Positions 13,661 to 26,538 of a stretch of DNA of 61,260 nt are shown here, one piece after another. The position numbers were made by a program, and so were the translations under genes. The first letter of the stretch is position 1. Each line of letters starts with the position of its first letter. The notes beneath the pieces were generated by a model that ran no database searches, was not told the origin of the DNA, and worked only from the letters and a program-made list of their open reading frames with translations. Source of the DNA: Octopus bimaculoides (lineage: Eukaryota). The stretch covers positions 59,033,545 to 59,094,804 of the forward strand of contig NC_068988.1 in assembly GCF_001194135.2 (NCBI RefSeq), given 5' to 3'.

Positions 13661-15535
13661 AAACAATCAAAAGAGCGCAACTGTTATTGGTAATAGAGAT
13701 TGACTCTTAAAACGAAGATGAAATGAATGAATAATGTTTAGACATTTCGTGTGTCTTTGACGAGTTTAAAATATAAAATGAAACGAAATTCAAAGATAGG
13801 AAACGGTAAAATATTCCAAATTAAACCGGAATGACTGCGTTTCTTTCCAGATTAAACGATGTCATCAGTCTTCAGTCTTTCACAAAAGGTAGTTGAAGGA
13901 AGGAAAGAAAAAACAAAGAGAAAGAAAAGAATTAGGAAAAAATATATTGAGTCAAAAAGTTTAGTGTAAGTATGGTGGAATTCACCTGCCATTTTATTAA
14001 TACTTGAAGGCTGAGATGAATTAATAAACTAGCAGGTGAATCTGACCATATTTTCACTGAACATTTGACTGAATATATTTTGCCTATTTTTTTTGAAGGT
14101 TACAAAAATCTGGAAATCCGAGAACATCATTACAATCACCACTTCCCTCATTCCGAAAGAGAAAATGAGACATGAATTAAAAACAATACTGAATTGAAAC
14201 GAAAAAAAAAATCAATAAAAGAAATCCTAAAATTTCGGCTTTACGAATTTTTTTGTTAATCATATTTTCAAGACTCAGATAGACCAAATCTGCAATTTCT
14301 TTCTGATTATAATTTCAAAATAATTTTGAGTTGAGAAGATTCTTTAAGATGGCTCTAGTTGTTGTTTCTAGCACAGCACACCAACACCTTTTACCTTTAT
14401 CATTTCTTTGTCCATCTAAAATATATTGAAGTTTTTCAAACATTTACCCCCATAAACACATTTTGTGCAGTGATGATGCAATGGTCACTTGCAGCAATTT
14501 AAAGCAACAACAACAAACAGATATATTATATATATCTTTAAGCCCTACTCCCCATCAAGCGTGTCTGTGTGTGTATCTGTGCGTGTGTACGTGTGTGTTT
14601 ATATGCATGTGTGAGAGAGTATGTGCATGTCTGTGCGTGTGTGTGTGTCTGTGTGTGTGCAGAAAAGTATACTATTGAGAAAAATAAATCTTTTACGTAC
14701 CATTTTAAAATCCTATGCATAAACACACAGTAAGAAATACTCACACACTAAATGTGAGCGATATACTTTTAGAGAGATGGAAAGCACGTAAAAAAAAAGA
14801 AATGTTTTAAATCTTTAACCCCACCTCGCATCAAGCGAACCCTTGTGTGAGTATGAGAAAAATCATATTTTTAAGAAAGAATTATGCTATTAAAACAAAT
14901 CCTCGTTTACATACCCATTTTAAAGTGAATCTATCGTCCTAATGAAATTCCTTACACACATGCATACACACAAACACTCACCGTAAAATATATGTTCTTA
15001 TGGAGAGAGAATGTGTATCAAGAGAAAATGAAAGAGATAAATAAATAGAGAGGTGGACAGAGAAACATGTTATGTTTCCACCTTAGATTCTGAAATTTTC
15101 GACTTTAGCATGTTGATATAACATTTTAATAGTGAATCTGAGTTTGTGAATCATTTATTCCAGAAAGATAGTTATACAGTGTTACACACTTTTAAAGTTT
15201 GATCATTTTTATCCAATCAGGAAACAGAAGTTGAGTGTAAGAACTATCATAAAATGATAGCAAAAAATTAGAAGAGGAGGTGTTAAACAAAATGGAAGGT
15301 ATGCGTGAGAATTATTACATATACGAAGAGAGTAAGAAGCAAAGAATATGGTAAATAACACAGCGCTACACACAGCTACAGACGCACTCACGCACACACG
15401 CACACACACACACACACACACGCACGGACGCACGCACGCACGCACATACGGGCGTGCACACACACACACGCATATACGCACGCACACATACGCACGCACT
15501 CACGAACACGCACGCACAATCTTTCTCTCTGTCTG

Positions 15536-15572
<37 letters not shown>

Positions 15573-15706
15573 TTTACCTATCATGAATCACCATAATCAT
15601 AAACTTCACGAAGAAAATACTTACACGTTTATCTATGATTTGATAAATTATCACGGAGATGTACTTGCATAGCAAGTGATCTGATCTGAGATCGTGTGCT
15701 GGAACG

Positions 15707-16041
15707 AAAACAATTGCAGCGTAGAACGTGTTTATAAGCCATTTAAAATAACACACAAAAATCGTTAGATTCACTTCAACATTTAAATTTAATTTGTCAA
15801 AATATTTTCGTCGATTTGAGACCGCGACCTGTTCAATGACAAAATTCTGTCCTGCATCTCTGTATGCAGCACAGAATTTTGCATCTCTGTATGCAGCAAA
15901 AAATTCTGTCAGTGAGCAGGTTGCGGTCTCAAAGCGACGAACATATTTTGACAAATTAAATTTAAATGTTGAAGTGAATCTAACGGTTTTTGTGTGTTAT
16001 TTGAAATGGCTTATAAACACCTTCCACGTTGCAATTGTTTT
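15707..16041. repeat. Foldback/palindromic element, ~140-bp inverted arms
   Basis: 15707-15846 is the near-perfect reverse complement of 15902-16041; the spacer has two copies of tgcatctctgtatgcagca. Confidence 0.9.
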
Positions 16042-16729
16042 TGATAAATTATGTTCAGTATAAAGTATGCGGTTCCTCTTTATGATGCCCAACACATCTG
16101 TTTAGCTGTTTCTCTTATATCATTAGATAAATATTCATGCATTTTTTAGCTTATATAAACAGTATTGATGAGAAAATCAATGTATTGTAAGAAGAGATAT
16201 GATAGAAGAAAAGTTTTTTATAGTGACATATGCAATTTAAACGAAATTGCCATAAATATAAACAAAAATGTATGCACACTATTTTTTGTTCAGTATCTGC
16301 ACAAACAACGCGATGATTTATTAATAGGAGATAACTCTCAATTTTGTGAATATATATTTGTGAGTTATTTCCCTTGAAAGATAAATCTAAACGGCAATTT
16401 CGGTTTTGTTTCTTATTTCTTCCTGTGTATTTTTTTTTTATTGGAAAAGTACTTCTCATTGCTTGAATCTTAGATTTATTATTATTTATTATTTCTAAAA
16501 CAAGAAAGAATTGTTGATGCAATTCTATACAGAAATTATCGATCTAACAAAAGGAATAAAGAAGAAAAACAAGAGGCTTTCTTTCTAATCTATATACACG
16601 CACACAACACATGCACGTACTCACAAACATGCATCTGCATAGAAGTGTGTGTAAAAACTACACTCTACCGTGGTAAACTGACAGGTAAAGCTACCACTCA
16701 AAATGGTTATGATACATCTATTATGGACC

Positions 16730-17580
16730 TGGTTCAAGAAGGCTTTTATAAGTATTCTCGGGTAAACCAAGAGAAAGGATTTCAGGGTGGTCAGGAAAGA
16801 GTATTATAGCCGTGTCAGTATGATCATGTATACTCAGCAGAAATCCCTGCATACATTTACAGCTACAAAATACTCGGAGGTTCCAGTTGTCCAGTATAGC
16901 CTTAACGTTACCAATTGGAAACTGAACGAACACCAGCGTATGGATATAAAGACCAGGAAAATGCTGATACTGAACAGGATGGACCACCCCAAATCCACAT
17001 TTCAGGATCCTACAAACTTCTATAGGAATCCAAATGTTGGTCGAGAGTAACACCGACTGGATGATACAGTTGGAAGGACAACACAAACAGGATAAAAAAT
17101 TGCACTCAGTATCGACAGAGGCATATAAATACAGACGAGAACTTTACTTTACTTTTCTCGTTATAATGATGATAATGAGGTCATACCATCTTCACACGAA
17201 ACTAAGGCGGCAAAATTCTGTAAAACAAACCAAGGCGGGAAACAAACCAGATATGAGAAGACGCCATCAGTTTATTGCAAAACGCTGGTTTGAGAGTCGA
17301 AACAAAGATTTATCCTAACGGCACAAGATCAGAGACTCTTTACTTGGAAATATCGAGCTTAATGTCTCACGCAATGAGGTATGCACAAAGCGTAGACCCT
17401 ACAATGACAAACGTAAGGTGATCGACTACATTGTTGCCAGTTGTTCTGTCCTTCCTGCTACAGAATATAAAACCAGGCATGATCGAGTTGATCGTTGCGT
17501 TCACTGGAGCATATGTCATCATTGTGATATATACCACACCTTAGCGCCAGTCACTGAAGGGGAGAATGTCACTGTCTTTA
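16730..17580 (+). mobile_element. Decayed R4/Dong-type fragment (post-RT region to zinc knuckle)
   Basis: RKEYYSRVSMIM...VPVVQYSLNVTNWKLNEHQRMDIKTRKMLILNRMDHPK; later IDYIVASCSVLPATEYKTRHDRVDRCVHWSIC. Confidence 0.8.
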
Positions 17581-17989
17581 TTTAGTTACGGTACCTCTTT
17601 CTTTATTCTTCTTCACACTTCCATGCTTCTAACTCTAATAAATTTTGTGAACTCCGTAAACAAACGCTATAAACATAAGCCTGAGAAGAGTCTTTCTTTG
17701 CCTATACGTAAGGATACACTACAAATTTTCAAGGTAACATGACCAATGACTACAGTTGGAGCGCATTTTTTACTGAGAACCATAGTCTTAGAAGAAGAAG
17801 CATGCTAGAGGTAAAGTTTTCTAGCGACATGTGTAACTTAAACGACATTGATCATCATATAAAAAGTGATGCGCACTTTAGCGCTGAAGACAAGATGATA
17901 AACGAAGAATAAGTTTTGCTGCTTAATTCTTTCTGTTAATTCCGCTTTTCATTTAAAAAAAAAAATCACTCGCTCACACGCACATACAC

Positions 17990-19660
17990 AGATCCTCACA
18001 CGCACACATGAACACACACACACATATACTGAGAGGGAGACAAGCTGGCACACAGGTAGTGGGACATACACACGCACCCATACACATGTTTATACACACA
18101 TAAATACATTCTCACTCCATCTATGTACACGTGCCAACACATTCACATCCACTCCCACCCGTTATTACACCCTTAATACTATTTCAGATTACCTCTCAGA
18201 CACCCTTCAAACTACCCTGATTCACTACTGACATTCCCATCTATGCGCAAGTGCAAAAACACATATACACACACACAACTACTCGTACACATACCAGTCA
18301 CTATAGCTGCAGATATCTCACTACAGCATCAACACGTACACAGGCCACTCACACAACACAAATACATCTAAACAGATAATACATCACAGACACACAGTGA
18401 ATATCACCACACACATACACACAAACACACACAAACACATACGCACAAACACACACAAACACATACACACAAACACACACACGCACTTACACACACATAC
18501 ACACAGATAAACATTCTTCAAACTCTCCTGTCGCAGAAAGCACTTTCTCTTTGTCCATCTACTTCCGGTCGTTTAAAAAATGTAACTACACGAGGCGGTT
18601 GGCGATTTTTTCCCTTCATCTTGCCCATATGTATATATTGATATTGATATTAATTAATATTCAATGTTTACCCTATTGTTTAATTTTATGTATATATATA
18701 TATATATATATGTGTGTGAGAAAGTTGGTATGTGAAAGCACGTGGTTGGATGTATAAAAGATAATAAGAGTGAAAAAACTACAGAAGGCTTGTGTTACAT
18801 GGTTAAAGTATATATTTAAATTATGTCAGAAAAATGTAAGAAAAATGTTATAAAAATGTTATAAAATCTTTTTGGTATACAATGTTTATATACCAAAAAG
18901 ATTTTATAACATTTTTATAACATCTTTCTTACATTTTTCTGACAATAATTTAAATATATACTTTAACCATGTAACAGAAGCCTTCTGTAGTTTTTTCACT
19001 CTTATTANNNNNNNNNNNNNNNNNNNNNNNNNNNNNNNNNNNNNNNNNNNNNNNNNNNNNNNNNNNNNNNNNNNNNNATATATATATATATATATAAACC
19101 CACGTCCTCCAGACGCATCTCCACAAGAACACACGTGCACACCCACATATACACATTCCCGTACATATGTCAACACATACACAAACACATGCCAACACAT
19201 ACACGCGTACATACACACACGTACATATGCCAACACATACACACACACACACAAACACACTCACCGATTCACACAGCCACACCAACTCATACTCACACCC
19301 ACTTCAGACTGCCTCTGCCTCTTACTCACTTTCGACCCTTCCATCTATGCACATATGCAAACGCACACACATACATTCACACACCCGTCACTATAGCTGC
19401 TAACCTCTTAGAGGAACAGTAACAGATACGCACACAGATCCTATCACACACACACACGAACATAAACACACACACAGTTAATACCACAAACGCAGACACG
19501 CTACTACGCATAAGCGTACTCACGCATTTACTGCCACGCACACATACAAGCTACCATACATACACAAGCTACCACATTCACACTGACGCTTTTCACACTC
19601 TCCTGTCCCAGAAGGAACTTTCTCTTCATTCTTTCTACTTCCGGTCACTTTTGAATTGTA
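17990..19660 (+). repeat. Two diverged CA-rich direct repeat units (~17990-18575 and ~19090-19660)
   Basis: Colinear shared blocks gtcactatagctgc (18297/19387), ctctcctgtc.cagaa.g.actttctct (18523/19598) and tctacttccggtc (18558/19634). Confidence 0.65.
18762..19007. repeat. Near-perfect AT-rich hairpin (~118-bp arms, 9-nt loop)
   Basis: 18762-18879 vs 18889-19007: 2 substitutions and 1 indel; the right end runs into an N-gap. Confidence 0.92.
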
Positions 19661-19930
19661 GCCGCAAGTGATAGTTAACCTTTTTTTTTCGTCTCCTACG
19701 TCTTGAAATTTCCTGTTTTGTGCTGATTCCGAAAGAAGAGCTATTCACGACATGTAAAACTACTAAACTTGTCCTTCTCTTAGCGTATTATTAATACACA
19801 TCCTGTACAAAGTCCACTCGTTTGTCTGCATTTTTCTTTATCTTTCACACATATGTATATGTATTTAGGTGCGTGGTTGTGTGTGTGTGTGTGTGTATAG
19901 TTCTGTGTGAGTGATTGAGTGTGTATGTCA

Positions 19931-19963
<33 letters not shown>

Positions 19964-20974
19964 CGTGCGTGTGTATACACACCTCACAGTTCACATTCTT
20001 GTTCGAATGTCATGTCATGGGATCAAGTATGGGCCAAAGTTACTGCAAAGCGAGGTATTTTAGCCACGAAGTCATACATAACTCTTTATCTTCCATGCAT
20101 TTTTGAGCCCTAGTCCCGGTTAATTCACATTTGGATCCATTAAGTACTTCCGATGATTATATTCTCAATGATTCATTGACAAACTACAAGGATCGAAAAC
20201 GCTTTCTTGAATTTATCAAATATTTAAAATGGAACTAAGATTTTGGAATTTGTTGATTTAGAATTGCTTTTAGAGTTACTGAAATATATATAAATAGATA
20301 CTTTTATCATTGTCGTTGTGGTTGCTGCACAACTTTCATTGATGATGCAGTTGTTACGATGGGTTTCCATACTGTTTGTGTTGCCGCTGCTGTTGTTGAT
20401 AGTCAGAAGTCCTTTGATCAAAAGGCTATTCAGCTATAAACTTCCGGAGAAAGCGTTGTATTGCACAATATTATTCAAAGAGTGCTCTTTCCTATTAAAG
20501 ACAGAATGGTGTGAGTTTATGGAAATTAGGCTGAAAATGGACGGCTATGTAACATGTTGCTTGTTACTTGAAGTTACAGAAGGCCTATGGCGGCAATAAC
20601 GTGGCATTTGTTTTTATGCGGAAATAAGTATATAAAATGCAACAGGGCGCAGATTTGTTTCCTTTCAATACAAATATAACAAATATTTGTTTCGTGCATG
20701 TAAAGCAAGCAACCCATTAGAGAAAATTACCAAAACATCAGTATACCGACGCTTGCACAAACGTTAGTTAAGATACGATACAAACAGTAACAGATATAAT
20801 TGTCAAGGCCAATAATTGCATTAATGCTAAATGAAACCACCACACACAGACAGAGAGAGAGACACATGCACTCACACACAAACATACACACACTCACACA
20901 TGCATACACACACACGTATGTATATGTTTATGTTTGCATATATGTATGTGTGTAGGTGTAAATATATATATATA

Positions 20975-21013
<39 letters not shown>

Positions 21014-21083
21014 GTGTATATATATATGTATACATGCATATATATTTATATATATATATATAGAGAGAGAGATACACACACAT

Positions 21084-21118
<35 letters not shown>

Positions 21119-21228
21119 CACAAACACACACATATATTCAACTCTACGATGAAAGTAAACACACAAAGTTTGTTCTTTGTTTTTTAGAAGCGTTGAGATG
21201 TATTGTAAGATACAGAAATAAATTTATT

Positions 21229-21461
21229 TCTCAAACGCGTGATAATACTATAAAATAGCGTGATCAGGATAAATTATCCATATATTGCAGAAAAATACGT
21301 TACCGGCCAGCCATGAGACTCGAACTCACATCTCTGTGATTACGCGTCAAGTGTTTTACCATTAAACTAAACTGCCCGGCCGGCCGGTAACGTATTTTTC
21401 TGCAACATATTGATAATTTAACCTGATCACTCTATTTTATAGCATTATCACGCGTTTGAGA
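21229..21461. mobile_element. MITE-like element with 80-bp inverted arms enclosing a tRNA-like sequence
   Basis: 21229-21308 vs 21382-21461 are 75/80 identical as inverted repeats; the right end abuts a gap, so a target duplication is not visible. Confidence 0.85.
21305..21376 (-). tRNA. tRNA-Thr(CGT)-like sequence (probably a pseudogene or Pol III unit) inside the inverted-repeat element
   Basis: Minus strand GGCAGTT TA GTTT AATGGTA AAAC A CTTGA CGCGTAA TCACAG AGAT GTGAG TTCGAGT CTCAT GGCTGGCC: intact D-arm and T-arm, A/B boxes, anticodon position CGT; imperfect acceptor and anticodon stems, and G at U33; TTTTT 9 nt downstream. Confidence 0.7.
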
Positions 21462-21550
21462 NNNNNNNNNNNNNNNNNNNNNNNNNNNNNNNNNNNNNNN
21501 NNNNNNNNNNNNNNNNNNNNNNNNNNNNNNNNNNNNNNNNNNNNNNNNNN

Positions 21551-21605
<55 letters not shown>

Positions 21606-21699
21606 ATGTATACATATATATATGTGTGTGTTTGTGTTTGTGTATGTATATGTATATATACACACACACATATATGTATATTTATATATATAAACATTT

Positions 21700-21925
21700 G
21701 TGTGTGGCTGTGTTCGTCCCGCTGCCGTCGCTTAACAACCGACATTGATCTGTTTACTTCCACCGAAACTTAACGGTTATGCAAAAGTGACGATAGAATA
21801 AGTTCTAAGCTTACAACAAATAAGTCCTGGTCTCGATTCCTTCGACTAAAGCGGGTTCTCCAGCATCATGGCCGCAGTGACATGTCTGAAACACGTAACA
21901 GAAAAAACAAATAAAAGAATAATCA
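21700..21925 (+). mobile_element. tRNA-derived SINE, 3' part
   Basis: gatagaataagttctaagcttacaacaaataagtcctggtctcgat...ttctccagcatcatggccgcagt...ctgaaacac is homologous to the fuller copy at 53222-53630. Confidence 0.75.
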
Positions 21926-21966
21926 CATATATGTATGTGTGTGCGTGTGTGTGTGTGTGTATACAA

Positions 21967-22002
<36 letters not shown>

Positions 22003-22009
22003 TACAAAC

Positions 22010-22142
22010 GTATAAGAAGGGATGACCACTAAGTGGACATCCATTATGCTAGAAATAGATCACCTACGATCTGACCACAGGGAAAAGATTATTCTCAAGA
22101 AAGATTCAGCAAACACCACTTAGTGGCCATCCCTTCTTATAC
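22010..22142. mobile_element. Mini-MITE (133 bp) with ~26-bp TIRs
   Basis: tataagaagggatgaccactaagtgg (22011-22036) vs ccacttagtggccatcccttcttata (22116-22141): 25/26 as inverted repeats; TA-rich ends. Confidence 0.8.
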
Positions 22143-22704
22143 ATATGATATATAATTTATCTGAATTTTCAGATTTTTCTACATGCTAGACCACTGGTTT
22201 TAAATTGATATTAATCAAATATTCAATTTATCACCGTCATTATTTAAATTTTGTATATAAGATCNNNNNNNNNNNNNNNNNNNNNNNNNNNNNNNNNNNN
22301 NNNNNNNNNNNNNNNNNNNNNNNNNNNNNNNNNNNNNNNNNNNNNNNNNNNNNNNNNNNNNNNNNNNNNNNNNNNNNNNNNNNNNNNNNNNNNNNNNNNN
22401 NNNNNNNNNNNNNNNNNNNNNNNNNNNNNNNNNNNNNNNNNNNNNNNNNNNNNNNNNNNNNNNNNNNNNNNNNNNNNNNNNNNNNNNNNNNNNNNNNNNN
22501 NNNNNNNNNNNNNNNNNNNNNNNNNNNNNNNNNNNNNNNNNNNNNNNNNNNNNNNNNNNNNNNNNNNNNNNNNNNNNNNNNNNNNNNNNNNNNNNNNNNN
22601 NNNNNNNNNNNNNNNNNNNNNNNNNNNNNNNNNNNNNNNNNNNNNNNNNNNNNNNNNNNNNNNNNNNNNNNNNNNNNNNNNNNNNNNNNNNNNNNNNNNN
22701 NNNN

Positions 22705-22747
<43 letters not shown>

Positions 22748-23434
22748 GTATACATATGCATATTCATAGATATGAAAGCATAAAACCGCATATATACACA
22801 TACGTGTACATGTAATCCCAGTAAACAAAGAAAGGAAAATTACAATCTAAAAATAATTTTTTTTACAAAGGAAGTTAAGAATGTTGTGTAAAGCATTATT
22901 TGAAGTTGTATCAAGGTATGTAAATCTTTCTGGAAATACCTCGAAGGGAAAAAAATTCAAATAAGTTCAAAGGAACAAATAAAAGCGGAAGAAAAGAAAA
23001 ATCAAAGATATAAGAACGTATAAAACAGGCGTAATTGGCGTTCAGTCAATATGTGGGAAGAACGATCAAACAAACGGAGACTGGGCTTAAAGGCATTTTA
23101 AACCGGGCAGAAGTGATCTCACCATTGTTGATTCGAGCAAATAGGAAAGGATAGGGGACAAGCACGATATTTAGGGGTACAAAGATTTAGAAAGACAAGG
23201 AAAAAAAAAAACATTGCACGAGAAACAACAAATCAAACAGAAGAAATGTTGCAAGAAGCAGCATACATACATGTACACGTATGTTCATGATGTGTGAAAG
23301 TGAGCCTGAGTGTGCATATGTGCCTGTATGAGTGCGTATCTGTGTGCATTACATACATGCACAATAAACATACACACGCATACTCAGAAATGCACATTTA
23401 TATAGACATTGATAGGAACATACTCCCACTGGCA

Positions 23435-23465
<31 letters not shown>

Positions 23466-23504
23466 GTGTGTGTGTATGTGTGTGTTCTTGTGTATGTACG
23501 TGTG

Positions 23505-23544
<40 letters not shown>

Positions 23545-23620
23545 TGTGTATATATGTATGTGTATATATGCATGTGTGTATACTTATATGTATATATATG
23601 TATATATATGTATATATATG

Positions 23621-23664
<44 letters not shown>

Positions 23665-23904
23665 GACACACACACACACACACACAAACGTGCACATAAA
23701 TAGCGGTATGTGCCTACGAGTGTGAATGTATGTGCACATGTGTGTGTGTGTTAAAGCGAGTTAAAGAGACAGAGAGTGCGAATGAGAGAAGACAAAATTA
23801 AAAAAAAAAGGGATGCCATAAGACATTCCAGAAATACATCATAGTGATGGGCCAAATTTGCTAGCAAATGCTTACTATTTTTCTAGCGATCGATCTCTCA
23901 TGCT

Positions 23905-24146
<242 letters not shown>

Positions 24147-24966
24147 GGAATGGGAAAAAAATGTCTTCTAATCAGCTTAATTTGCTTAATTTGGCAATAT
24201 AAATTGTACATTTTTGTTTGAAGAAATATGAACAAAAGTGTAAAACTCACATTTCTAAACAATCATGAAATAATAATTTAAACTGATTAGAACTACGTGT
24301 GAATTCATTCTTTTTATTTTTTCAAATATACATAACTATATCAAGGGCCTCGCACATTTTCTAATATCCATACATATAAATTCGACAGGGGCGATTCTTT
24401 CCTATCTTGGGATTCACGGTCAAACGGCTGGGTGGAATTGCGAGAAAAATTATACAGATGTGTAGAATTATCCGGTGGTGATGCTGGGCTTTCTATTTTT
24501 TCATAGCTCCCATGGTTACTGAGCTAATCTACTATAATAATACTCTTGTGTTTATGAATGAGAAAGAAAGGGAGGTAGATGAATAAGGAAGGAAGGGGTG
24601 ATATCATACTTGGTAGTGGGATGATGAAAATTGTACGCTGAAAAAAATAAATCAGACAGCGTTTCAACTCTGTGTGAATATATGTGTGTGTATGTAAAAG
24701 CGGGGCATGTGAATGTCTGTGAGTGCGCGCGCTTGCGTGTGTGCGTGTGCGCGCGAAATGGAAGTTCGATGCTTCATCTTTGTTCGCTTAGTATTTGGGT
24801 TAATCTTTTGATTTGATTGAAAAAACTCATTCTAAAATTGTTTTTTAACGCAAACGTGGCCAAACAAGTGGAATAGCCACATCATCCAAACCGACCGGGC
24901 GAAACCGGACTTAGCTGATATATATATATATATAGATATATGTATGTATGTATGTATGTATTTATA

Positions 24967-25800
24967 TATCAGGTCATCCCATAAGTTCTGTCCGAATTTT
25001 GAATGAAGAAAACAAGTGATCAAATGTTATATTTAATTGAAATTTAATCATCAATGTACTTTCCTGCATTATTTATGACTTCCTTTCGTCTATTTACAAG
25101 CATTTAAATCCCATCAATGTAAAACTCTTTTAGTTTCAAAGTGAAGAACTCTGAAGTGTCAGTTTCGACCTCCTCCTGGCTTGCGAAAGTTATGTCCCCC
25201 AAATGATTCTGTAAACTACGAAACAAATGGTAGTCTAAAGGAGTAAGGTCGGGAGAATAAGGTGGATGAGGAATCTTTTCAGAACCAAGCTCTTCGATCT
25301 TTTGTGATGTGATCTTTGCAGTATGTGGTCGCACACTGTCCTGATGAAACATCACTCCTTTTACTAAAGCGGGTCTTTTTTTCTTCAAAGCTTGGTTCAA
25401 ACACTCTAATTGCTGGCAGTAGGCTTGAACATTGATTGTTGCATTAGGTGATAACAATTCAAAGTGAATTTCTCCTTTGCAATCCCACCATATACAGAGA
25501 AGAACGTTTTTTCCATGAAGTTCCCTTCTCGGTTGTGGTTAAGCTTTTTCCCTTTTACCAAGCTATTGTTTACGACGTTTAACATTTCGATATAAGATCC
25601 ATGTTTCGTCAGCAGTCACAAGTCTATCCAAAAAGGGTGGAATGAGTTCTCAAGATTGGAAAGAAGAGCAGATGTCAACTGGGAGTTGCAGTTGCTTTCG
25701 GACAATTCATGAGGCACCCATTTTCCAAGTTTAGGAACCTTTCGAAGTTGTTGAAAATGACGATAAAATGTTGTATGGTTTCAACTAAGCTTTATTGCCA
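24967..25800 (-). mobile_element. Decayed mariner (DD34D) transposon, 3' two-thirds
   Basis: Minus strand KWVPHEL (~25705-25725), LVTADETWILY, FHQDSVRPH, PHPPYSPDLTPLDYHLF; probable TA plus terminal repeat at 24967; the 5' end is lost in microsatellite/gap. Confidence 0.92.
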
Positions 25801-25916
25801 ATTCTTCAACTGATAATGCAAGTTATTAACCCAAAATGTATGTATGTATGTATGTATGCATGTATGTATGCATGTATGTATGCATGTATGTGTATGTATG
25901 TATGTATGTACGTATG

Positions 25917-25969
<53 letters not shown>

Positions 25970-26445
25970 ATATATATGTATGTACATACACACACATATA
26001 CATATACATACATNNNNNNNNNNNNNNNNNNNNNNNNNNNNNNNNNNNNNNNNNNNNNNNNNNNNNNNNNNNNNNNNNNNNNNNNNNNNNNNNNNNNNNN
26101 NNNNNNNNNNNNNNNNNNNNNNNNNNNNNNNNNNNNNNNNNNNNNNNNNNNNNNNNNNNNNNNNNNNNNNNNNNNNNNNNNNNNNNNNNNNNNNNNNNNN
26201 NNNNNNNNNNNNNNNNNNNNNNNNNNNNNNNNNNNNNNNNNNNNNNNNNNNNNNNNNNNNNNNNNNNNNNNNNNNNNNNNNNNNNNNNNNNNNNNNNNNN
26301 NNNNNNNNNNNNNNNNNNNNNNNNNNNNNNNNNNNNNNNNNNNNNNNNNNNNNNNNNNNNNNNNNNNNNNNNNNNNNNNNNNNNNNNNNNNNNNNNNNNN
26401 NNNNNNNNNNNNNNNNNNNNNNNNNNNNNNNNNNNNNNNNNNNNN

Positions 26446-26538
<93 letters not shown>

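Noticed and set aside
13826-13880. Minus-strand CTGATGA...GAAAC-GCA-GTC motif
   Set aside because: No convincing stem I or stem II.
20727-23725. Many HT/CV/YI-repeat ORFs
   Set aside because: These are translations of (CA)n/(TA)n microsatellites; the same applies throughout the window.
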